Source of the DNA: Macrostomum hystrix
Taxonomy: Eukaryota; Animalia; Platyhelminthes
Assembly (NCBI GenBank): GCA_950097015.1
Contig: CATNEN010000029.1
Span: 7,440,001-7,504,000, forward strand
Direction: 5' to 3'
Length of the DNA stretch: 64,000 bases
Shown: positions 47,570-58,528 of the stretch, piece after piece
Position numbering within the stretch: position 1 is the stretch's first letter
How the letters are laid out: every line of letters begins with the position of its first letter
The notes under the pieces: model-generated
The model's database searches: none
What the model was told of the DNA's origin: nothing
What the model saw: the letters and a program-made list of their open reading frames with translations, nothing else
Translations under genes and position numbers: made by a program

Positions 47570-48400
47570 AATGAGACAGAGAGAGTTGAAGAAGCGAAAG
47601 AGAGGAGACAGGGGAGATATGAGATGGGAGATATGAGATGGGAGAGATGAGATGGGAGAGATGAGATGGGAGATATGAGATGGGAGATATGAGATGGGAG
47701 ATATGAGATGGGTGATATGAGATGGGAGAGTTGAGACAGGGGAAATATGAGATGGGAGAGATGAGATGGGAGAGATGAGATGAGAGAGATGAGATGGGAG
47801 AGATGAGACAGGGGAGAGATGAGACAGGGGAGAGATCAGACAGGGGAGAGATTAGACAGAGAATAGATGAGATGGGAGAGATGAGACATGGGAGAGAGGA
47901 AGGAGACAGGGGAGAGATGAGACATGGGAGAGTTGAGGCAGGGGAGAGATCATACAGGGGAGAGATTAGACAGAGAAGAGATGAGATGGAAGAGATGAGA
48001 CAGGGAGAGATAAGACAGGGGAGAGATGAGACATGGGAGAGATGAGACAAGGCAGAGATAAGACAGGGCAGAGATGAGACAGGGGAGAGATAAGACAGGG
48101 GAGAGATAAGACAGGGGAGAGATAAGACAGAGGAGAGATCAGACAGGGGAGAGATTAGACAGGGGAGAGAATAGACAGAGGAGAGATTAGACAGGGGAGA
48201 GATTATACAGGGGAGAGATTAGACAGGGGAGAGATTAGACAGGGGAGAGATTAGACAGGGGAGAGATTAGACAGGGGAGAGATAAGACAGAGGAGAGATT
48301 AGACAGGGGAGAGATTAGACAGGGGAGAGAATAGACAGAGGAGAGATTAGACAGAGGAGACATTAGACAGGGGAGAGATGAGACACGGGAGAGGTGACAC
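47570..48400. repeat. Purine-rich minisatellite, 14-16-bp units GAGATGGGAGAGAT / GACAGGGGAGAGATTA
   Basis: Visible periodicity. Confidence 0.9.
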
Positions 48401-49319
48401 AAGGGAAAGATAAGATCAGATAGAGAAAGTGTTGGACCCCAGGCGTAAGCCACCCAAGCCAGCAGGGAGATGGGTGACACACGACGCTTTGCCTCATCCC
48501 TGAACCCCTCTCGCTATTCTTAAACAATAACAAACACAGCATCGAAATTTTCGTTTCTTCCAGAAAAAAAACACAAAAATCCCCCAAAAGCCGAGCCTTT
48601 GTCTGAGTTCTAGGCCGCCAGTCCCATGCACAACAGCCCCGCTAATGACCAGCAGACAGTGTATTCTGCATTTAAAAAAGAGAGCCGGAGACAAGATTAG
48701 AGGAACACATAGGATGGGGAGACCCACACTTTGGACAGCCTGCTGCAGCTGAGGTATATATATATATATAGGTGTCTGTAGCGAAAGCAGCCGCAGCTGA
48801 ATTACAAAAGACAGACCAAACCGCCGGGCAAAACTAACTCAATAGTAATTAAAAAACACGGAAAAGCAATTTTCGTTTCATCATTCATCTGTACCAGCAC
48901 TGCTTACAGTATAAGTGGCCAATCAGGCGATTGTTAGAAATCGAAAGGTAAATTTTGTGTGAAAATTTGTTGAAACAGTTTTAAAACACTACTAGCTGAT
49001 TTTAATGTCCCAAATGCGAGAGAATCAATCATAAATACTTTGTCCTTGATTTACTTTCTGGATGCGAAAGCCAAATACGGTCGTAAGATAATGGGAATTA
49101 AATTTCAACAAAATATTGCCAACTTAAACTGTTCGACAGAATCAATGCGTGCAAATTACCCAATAACCCGATCTATGAAGCTGCATTGCATGGCTTTATA
49201 CAATGGAATCTCGTGAACACGGTTTCAATTACTAACTGTTTTCGGTGCATATATTAGGTCACGGTTGGACCGGGATCTCCACATTGGGAAAATGTGGAAA
49301 GAAAGAAAGAATGGAATCT

Positions 49320-50960
49320 CCAGTTCAGGAAAATTCCTCAGAATGGAATCTCCAGATTGGGAAGATTCCTCATAGAATGGGATCTCCAGTTTGGGAAGAT
49401 TCCTCATAGAATGGGATCTCAAGTTTGGGAAGATTCCTCATAGAATGGGATCTCCAGTTTGGGAAGATTCCTCATAGAATGGGATCTCCAGTTTGGGAAG
49501 ATTCCTCATAGAATGGGATCTCCACATTGGGAAGATTCCTCATAGAATGGGATCTCCAGTTTGGGAAGATTCCTCATAGAATGGGATCTCCAGTTTGGGA
49601 AGATTCCTCGTAGAATCGGATCTCCAGTTTGAGAAGATTCCTCATAGAATGGGATCTCCAGTTTGGGAAGATTCCTCATAGAATGGAATCTCCAGTTTGG
49701 GAAGATTCCTCATAGAATGCGATCTCTAGTTTGGGAAGATTCCTCATAGAATGGAATCTCCAGTTTGGGAAGATTCCTCATAGAATGGAATCTCCAGTTT
49801 GAGAAGATTCCTCAAAGAATGGGATCTCCAGTTTGGGAAGATTTCTCATAGAATGGAATCTCCAGTCCGGGAAGATTCCTCATAGAATGGAATCTCCAGT
49901 TTGGGAAGATTCCTCATAGAATGGAATCTCCAGTTCGGGAACATTCCTCATAGAATGGAATCTCCAGTTTGGAAAGATTCCTCGTGGAATCGGATCTCCA
50001 GTTTGGGAAGATTGCTCGTGGATTTGGATCTCCAGTTTGGGAAGATTCCTCGTAGAATCGGATCTCCAGTTTGAGAAGATTCCTCATAGAATGGGATCTC
50101 CAGTTTGGGAAGATTCCTCATAGAATGGAATCTCCAGTTTGGGAAGATTCCTCATAGAATGGGATCTCCAGTTTGGGAAGATTCCTCATAGAATGGGATC
50201 TCCAGTTTGGGAAGATTCCTCATAGAATGGGATCTCCAGTTTGGGAAGATTCCTCAAAGAATATGATCTCTAGATTGGGAAGATTCCTCATAGAATCGGA
50301 TCTCCAGTTTGAGAAGATTCCTCAAAGAATGGGATCTCCAGTTTGGGAAGATTCCTCAAAGAATTTAATCGCCAGTTTGGAAAGATTCCTCATAGATTCG
50401 GATCTCCAGTTTGGGAAGATTCCTTAAACAATGGGATCTCCAGTTTGGGAAGATTCCTCGTGAATTTGGATCCCCAGATTGGGAAGATTCCTCATAGAAT
50501 GTAATCTCCAGTTCGGGAAGATTCCTCGTGGAATCGGATCTCCAGTTTGGGAAGATTCCTTAAACAATGGGATCTCCAGTTTGGGAAGATTCCTCAAAGA
50601 ATATGATCTCTAGATTGGGAAGATTCCTCATAGAATCGGATCTCCAGTTTGAGAAGATTCCTCAAAGAATGGGATCTCCAGTTTGGGAAGATTCCTCAAA
50701 GAATTTAATCGCCAGTTTGGAAAGATTCCTCATAGATTCGGATCTCCAGTTTGGGAAGATTCCTCATAGATTCGGATCTCCAGTTGAATCTAAATGGGAT
50801 CTCCAGTTTGGGAAGATTCCTCGTGAATTTGGATCCCCAGATTGGGAAGATTCCTCATAGAATGTAATCTCCAGTTCGGGAAGATTCCTCGTGGAATCGG
50901 ATCTCCAGTTTGGGAAGATTCCTTAAACAATGGGATCTCAGATTGGGAAGATTCCTCTGA
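49320..50960. repeat. Minisatellite, 34-bp unit GAATGGGATCTCCAGTTTGGGAAGATTCCTCATA with internal dyad
   Basis: Period 34, about 48 copies, no unique spacers. Confidence 0.95.
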
Positions 50961-52419
50961 ATTCCTCTGCTATTGCGGGACGCATCCATCGTGTAGCTGT
51001 TCAGTCTATGAACTGTGGAGGTCGCCACGGTCAGAATCCAAGGTGTTCTAGAACGCCAACTAAACTCCATGAAACGAAGTGTGTCCCGGGTCCCATTTGA
51101 GGTTGCAAAAGTTAAAAAAGTTGCTGGCTGAAAAGGGAAAGCGTGAATGACCAGTCAGCAAGCGGTTAACTTCATCAACATATTTCCCCTTTACCCAAGC
51201 CATGCCACTAGACTTTTATTGTCTCAAAAAAGTCATCACCATCAATTTTTTTTGCTTCGCTTTCAACGTCTAGAGAGCCAAACCCCCTTCCCTGCCTAAC
51301 ACGCTGCCCACTTCACTTCCCTAAAAAATTAGAAGCAAGGAAGAAGAAAATCTACTCCACACCTTTTTTCCCTATACTAATTCACAGTTTTCCTTCCTCC
51401 CGGTGTCAAAGCGACTAAAGGCAGCGATGAGAGATGGGCCAACAAACATATAGATTGGGGGGTGGGTGGCTAACTTTGTGGGCCTCCCGCTAGACAGTCT
51501 GGCGCCGGCCTCTGTGTCTAATGCAGGCACCCCACACCCCCCAGCTTAACTTTGCCTCAATTGTGTGTGCGTGTTTGTCAGAAAGTTGTATAGTATGGGG
51601 AAATACTTAGAGGGGAATAGGGAAAAATAGGAGGACACACACATCAGCTGCTGCAGTCACTTACCAGCTCTGCCGCGGTAAAAAATATGCTTTTGTATCC
51701 CCTAAAAACGGATGCTGGATCCTCCCCAACAACCAATTCAGCCTTTCGCTTTCCAGACACAGCAGCAGCAGCAGCTTCTTCAGCTAAAAGAAGAAAAGGT
51801 AACAAAAAGCTAGCGCGCATGATTCCGCATCCTTTCACACCTGAGGCAACAGCCCGCAGCAATATGACTCCTTGCTTGAAGGTCTTTGAATTTGAATGCG
51901 AAGCATTGTGGAGGGTCCTTTGTCTCCGAGCAAAACTCAGTATGTGGGAGGGGAGAGTTTTTCAGTTTCTTAACAGTTTTGCCACTGTGAATACATATTT
52001 TTACTGGGGGGAGGCGCCAAGTTGCATTGCAGGATGAGAAAACTGCCAAACAGGCAGTCGGGCTTGACAAGTATACTATAGGCCTAAGCGTGATTGACAG
52101 CCGCTTTGGCATCTCAAGCTAATCAGCAACCCACCCATAGCCCAGCTGCCGCCGCGGGTTAAACATGCAGCCGGGGGGTCTTTTCATTGCTTCAAAATTA
52201 AGCTTCTTCAAGAAGCCGGTCAATACAGCTTTCAATCGATAAAGGCTTCGGCTTCTGTTAAATAGTGAATAACAGCAGACTGCTCAGGTGAGTGACTGGG
52301 ATAGCCCAGTCAAAACTGACTCCCAATTTTACATTAGATTCGCAGCTAGCAAATCATCTAAATTGTCTATTTAAAGTAGTCAGCAAAGTTATTGAGCCAG
52401 TAAACTTCCCACTTCCTCA

Positions 52420-53095
52420 GAAAATTCCCAAATACTGAAACTTCCCACTTCCTCAGACAATTCCCAAATACTGAACCTTCCCACTTCCTCAGACAATTCC
52501 CAAATACTGAACCTTCCCACTTCCTCAGACAATTCCCAAATACTGAACCTTCCCACTTCCTCAGACAATTCCCAAATACTGAACCTTCCCACTTCCTCAG
52601 ACAATTCCCAAATACTGAAACTTCCCACTTCCTCAGACAATTCCCAAATACTGAACCTTCCCACTTCCTCAGACAATTCCCAAATACTGAACCTTCCCAC
52701 TTCCTCAGACAATTCCCAAATACTGAACCTTCCCACTTCCTCAGACAATTCCCAAATACTGAACCTTCCCACTTCCTCAGACAATTCCCAAATACTGAAC
52801 CTTCCCACTTCCTCAGACAATTCCCAAATACTGAAACTTCCCACTTCCTCAGACAATTCCCAAATACTGAACCTTCCCACTTCCTCAGACAATTCCCAAA
52901 TACTGAACCTTCCCACTTCCTCAGACAATTCCCAAATACTGAACCTTCCCACTTCCTCAGACAATTCCCAAATACTGAAACTTCCCACTTCCTCAGACAA
53001 TTCCCAAATACTGAACCTTCCCACTTCCTCAGACAATTCCCAAATACTGAAACTTCCCACTTCCTCAGACAATTCCCAAATACAGAAACTTTCCA
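52420..53095. repeat. Minisatellite, 36-bp unit CTTCCCACTTCCTCAGACAATTCCCAAATACTGAAC
   Basis: Period 36, about 19 near-perfect copies. Confidence 0.95.
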
Positions 53096-53709
53096 CAGCA
53101 GAAATTCGCGAACTTTAAACTTGCAACCTTAAAATATTCCCAAAATAGAAATTTGTAACTCAAGCGACCCGGAAATCTATTTTACTACTGAAACCTCCCC
53201 AAAACCTGTACTGTACTTTTGAATAGGTTATTGGTATAAAAGGAATAAAAATACACTTTTAGCAACCAATTACACACTGCGTATATAATATTTTTTCCAA
53301 AGATCTGTTGTCCGCAAATATAAGTACACACTTATATCTAAAGGATATATATTTGTAATTAATAATATATTATATGCATAAATGACTCCGATCTAGATAA
53401 GACTGGAAACGTGCAAGAAATGACGCAAAAAAGTAAATATGTATCTCTTTTGTTTCGCCTATTTCAAAGGTAGTGGCATAGTTTTGTAACTGTAAGAATT
53501 TCTAGTCAAAAAATTACACATCAAAAGATTACTTTTAGTTTTCCATAAAAAAAGCTGAAAATAGAATGACAGAAAACTATGCTGGCTGGAGTGGAAAAAG
53601 TTGTACTTATTCCTAGCCTTTGATATATTTGCAATTTTGCCAACACAATCGACATGTTTGCTATATTCATTTTTGTTTAACCATCCCTACTTTGAAAGAG
53701 AAATTTAAC

Positions 53710-55135
53710 GATTCTCATGGGTGTTGGAGGCGATTCTCATGGGTGATGGAGGCGATTCTCATAGGTGATAAAGGCGATTCTCATGGGTGATGGAGGCGAT
53801 TCTCATGGGTGATGGAGGCGATTCTCATGGGTGATGGAGGCGATTCTCATGGGTGTTGGAGGCGATTCTCATGGGTGGGTGATGGAGGCGATTCTCATGG
53901 GTGTTGGAGGCGATTCTCATGGGTATTGGAGGCGATTCACAAGTGTTTTAGAGGCGATTCTCATGGGTGATGGAGGCGATTCTCATGGGTGATGGAGGCG
54001 ATTCTCATGGGTGATGGAGGCGATTCTCATGGGTGATGGAGGCGATTCTCATAGGTGATAAAGGCGATTCTCATGGGTGATGGAGGCGATTCTCATGGGT
54101 GATGGAGGCGATTCTCATGGGTGATGGAGGCGATTCTCATGGGTGTTGGAGGCGATTCTCATGGGTGGGTGATGGAGGCGATTCTCATGGGTGTTGGAGG
54201 CGATTCTCATGGGCATTGGAGGCGATTCACAAGTGTTTTAGAGGCGATTCTCATGGGTGATGGAGGCGATTCTCATGGGTGATGGAGGCGATTCTCATGG
54301 GTGATGGAGGCGATTCTCATGGGTGATGGAGGCGATTCTCATAGGTGATAAAGGCGATTCTCATGGGTGATGGAGGCGATTCTCATGGGTGATGGGGGCG
54401 ATTCTCATGGGTGATGGAGGCGATTCTCATGGGTGTTGGAGGCGATTCTCATGGGTGGGTGATGGAGGCGATTCTCATGGGTGTTGGAGGCGATTCTCAT
54501 GGGCATTGGAGGCGATTCACAAGTGTTTTAGAGGCGATTCTCATGGGTGATGGAGGCGATTCTCATGGGTGATGGAGGCGATTCTCATGGGTGATGGAGG
54601 CGATTCTCATGGGTGATGGAGGCGATTCTCATAGGTGATAAAGGCGATTCTCATGGGTGATGGAGGCGATTCTCATGGGTGATGGAGGCGATTCTCATGG
54701 GTGATGGAGGCGATTCTCATGGGTGTTGGAGGCGATTCTCATGGGTGGGTGATGGAGGCGATTCTCATGGGTGTTGGAGGCGATTCTCATGGGCATTGGA
54801 GGCGATTCACAAGTGTTTTAGAGGCGATTCTCATGGGTGTTGGAGGCGATTCTCATGGGCATTGGAGGCGATTCACAAGTGTTTTAGAGGCGATTCTCAT
54901 GGGTGATGGAGGCGATTCTCATGCGTGATGGAGGCGATTCTCATGGGTGATGGAGGCGATTCTCATGGGTGTTGGAGGCGATTCTCATGGGTGTTGGAGG
55001 CGATTCTCATGGGTGTTGGAGGCGATTCTCATGGGTGTTGGAGGCGATTCTCATGGGTTTTGAAGGCGATTCTCATGAGTGATGAGGGCGATTCTTAAGT
55101 GTTTTAGAGGTGATTCTCAAGTGTTTTAGAGGCGT
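53710..55135. repeat. Minisatellite, 22-bp unit GGCGATTCTCATGGGTGATGGA, with 290-bp higher-order repeat
   Basis: The variant ATAGGTGATAAAGGC recurs at 53761, 54051, 54341 and 54631. Confidence 0.95.
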
Positions 55136-56440
55136 TTCTTAAAACTTAAGAACACAATTTCGCGCAAGAAGCAGTGGCTGGACAAAAATTATTTATTTTA
55201 TCGCAATCAATTGTTAGCTAAGTTAAATTGACGGAATAAAAAGTCAACAGACGCAAAAACTCCACATACTACTGCAAGCATAACAATTGAATATGGAATT
55301 AATTACAGAAGAAAAAACTAACCTAGATTGACAGCAAATTTTTGGTAGCCTGAACTTTTTTCTTTTTTTCGAATCTTTTTATCATTTGACGGCACATGTA
55401 CAATTAAGAAAAAAACGAACTGGAAAAATATCATTCTTTAGTTCCACGCGCATTCTACAGATTTTATGTCTATTTAAAAAGATTGATCAGTCTTACAATT
55501 TAATAGAGTCTAGATATAAAATTTGTGGGACACTAATCTAGAGTAGGACACTCTATGGCCAATCTGTTCTAGGTCATTTCGTGGTTACGAAAAATATTTA
55601 TTTTACTTTCCATACTACTAAGTATGAGAAAGTAGTATAGAGTGCGAATCAACTCGAATAACTGTTTGAACATCATGGGAGCAAGATTACAGAGATTACA
55701 GAGAACAAGATGGTCAGATAAGTTTGACAACAAAACATACAGCATGCAGCAGACAATTATTGATCATAAAATTGCAGCATACTGTAGTGCAACTTTCATG
55801 CATATATACATAGAGCATCTAAATTATTGACAACGGCACTAGAACTGTAGAAAAGGAACCCAAAAACTTATTAAATTTAATTGACATCCTCATTTTACCA
55901 TTTAGACAAAATTAGTCGGTTTAAATACCATGTATACATAAAGCTTGCCAATTTCAAGCAGCAAAAACACTACAATAGCAGACTATGAATACTTATAAGA
56001 CAATACAAAAAAGACGCTAAAGCAAGAAGCTGAGCTGCATCATTTATTATCTTATATGGCGAGACAGACAGGCGTAAACAATAACAAATAAGCAACACGA
56101 TCAATCGATTTTTTAATTTAATAATTATTCAAATCCGCGCTAGAAGCTAAATAAATCTGTTGAAATTTAAGATTCCCACATCAGCGTCTTTCCCGCTAAC
56201 ATTGCTTATTGTCTATGGCATTTATTGACTGAAGCTGCGCCTAGTTTAGAAATCCTAAATCCGTGTCTTCCCCAAGGACAACTTAATAACTCCATAAGTT
56301 ATTAAGTTATTAAGTTGTCCTTGGTCTTCCCCCGCTGATATCGTCTATTGTCTATGGCATTTTTCGACTGAAGCTGAGGAACCATAGATAACTTTGGATT
56401 AGCATCTTCAGAGCAAGGACCACTAGAAGAAGATGGACGA

Positions 56441-56726
56441 GGCACTTCGTTTCTTGGAAAACTTATTAAAGGCAGATTTTCACGGAAAAAATGCACTAGC
56501 GAGATAGGAACATTTCAAGTTTTTCACATTCAAATGTTTTAGGAAGCTTAATTCACGAAGAATATATATTTATTTCATTTCCCTATACTTATCATCAAGC
56601 ATTGGATCTGCTTTAAATAAAAATGTATTTACATTTTAATGTGAACAGCGTGAAAAGTTCCAATCTCGCTAGTGCATTTTTCCGTGAAAGCCAGCCTTAA
56701 ATAAATGTCCCAAGAAACGAATTGTC
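56441..56726. mobile_element. Foldback/MITE-like inverted repeat (about 97-bp arms)
   Basis: 56441-56537 is the imperfect reverse complement of 56631-56726 (core TTTCACGGAAAAATGCACTAGCGAGAT). Confidence 0.7.
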
Positions 56727-57131
56727 CAGTCCTTCCGGAGATTACTGATAGGGAAATAGTCTGGAAATCCAGGCAAACGTGATGCATCAGAAAATCTGCT
56801 ATCAGAAATCTTTTTTCTTCTACCTTTTAAACAGAAACTACACAATACAGTAATCTTGATATTCTACCTACGCAGATTGAATACAGTCAATCAATACTTT
56901 AATTGCACTCAGTTCCAGACCCTTTTTACCATAGACAGGCTCGACAGTAAGATTAATAGAAAGCAAAAAGCAAACTAAAATCACTTCGCATTTGAAGCCG
57001 TTCCAGACATTTAGTATGCCCTACTGGCCGCCTATTTGCACAGATTGAACAACAGCAGTAAATCTTCAATCCTGACTTTTAAAGCTCAATAAAATCACGC
57101 ATTTCTATCCGCGGCCACAGACTGGGTGGCC

Positions 57132-58528
57132 TCAGCGTGAGCAGATATTGAATTGACGGAGATCGGCAGGAAAATGACACTGTCCGGTCCCCGAACAGGG
57201 CACGTAGCCAAGGCTGAACAGATTGGGCGAGTCCAGATTAAACTCGGCCGATGTGAACGCCGACTGGGGTATCTGCAGAATTGGCGCGGAGCCTGGAGCT
57301 GGCGAGAATGTCGCCGAGGTTGGAGTAGCCACGCTGCCAGCCATGGCCAGGTTGCTGAGATTGCTCAGATCCAGCGAGGCTGGGATGTGGCTCTTTCGGT
57401 CGGACAGTGAGGTGGCGGCCGCGGCGGCGGCAGCAGCTCGACCGCCAGGTGAGAGAAGGTCGCTTAGCCCCGGATGGCTCAGCAGCGGCAGCGGAATCTC
57501 CGGCTTTACGGTGGTTACGGAGCTAACCGAGACAACTGGCAGATTGAAGTCAGGAGTCTGGTGCAGATGATGCTGAAGCTGCTGCTGATGGTGCTGGCGT
57601 TGAAGCTGGTGCTGGTGCTGTTGCAGATGATGATGGTGATTAGGCAACTGCGGCTGGTGCAACTGCTGCTGGTGTTGTGAAGTAGACGGAGGAGGCGGCG
57701 GCGGTGGCGGCAATGACGGATGCTGGGTCTGATGCTGAGAAACCGGCGAGACTGCAGGATCGGGATGGCGCTGCGGTTGCTGCTGCTGCTGCTGCGGCTG
57801 CGTGAATGGCAGCTGCTGAGGTGATTGTTCCACTGGCGCCACCGTGGCAGCAGTTGCGGCTGAGGCTCCGGTTCCGTTGCCGGCGCCAACAGGTGACGCG
57901 GAGCCGGTAGGCGACGGTTGCAGAGTGCCGCCGGTGCCATCTGACGGCAACTTATCGGAGCTGAGGCAGGCCTGAATGAGAGCTTTGCCATTGTTGGACT
58001 GCACCATATTGTTAAGCTTTTCGGTGGTGTAGGTATACACGTGGCCAGTCTCGGAGGCCACTAGCAGGAGCACGTGGGCGCCTAGTAACAAACGGGAGGA
58101 GTTAAGATTAGTTGGAATGGGGACAAAGTAATATTTAGCATTCTACAATGCTGAGAAGAGAACTAACCTGTCAGTGAGGCCAACTCGTAAGCCTTCTTCA
58201 TCAGGCCGGTTTTACGTTTAGAAAATGTAGTAAATCGTCTATTCTTATCTTGAATAAATTCTATTTTAATCTTCTGCTTTCCGCGCGATTTTTTCTTCGG
58301 CGGCGGCTGATCAGACGACGAGGCGCCGTCGGCGCTGCGCTGATCCGACGACGACGGCAAATAGGGCGACACGGAGCGCGACCGGTCGCCGTCGCCGCCG
58401 CCTGGCGACGGGCCCGGAGTCAGATCGTCGCAGCAGTCCTCGGGATTCTCGGCGTGAAATCGCCAACAGTTTGAGAATGGCTGGTCGCCATGCTGTGCAC
58501 AGAGTTCGTCACCTGAGCCGGCTGACAT
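57132..58528 (-). CDS. SRF: Serum response factor (type I MADS-box), 2 exons (58528-58168, 58081-57132), 436 aa
   Basis: RGKQKIKIEFIQDKNRRFTTFSKRKTGLMKKAYELASLT|GAHVLLLVASETGHVYTYTTEKL..GKALIQACL covers the MADS and SAM domains. The intron is 86 nt, phase 1, GT-AG. Confidence 0.93.

Noticed and set aside
49320-50960. CRISPR-like array (34-bp palindromic repeats); also the 36-bp and 47-bp arrays
   Set aside because: Units are directly adjacent with no unique spacers, there are no cas genes, and the context is a spliced eukaryotic genome.
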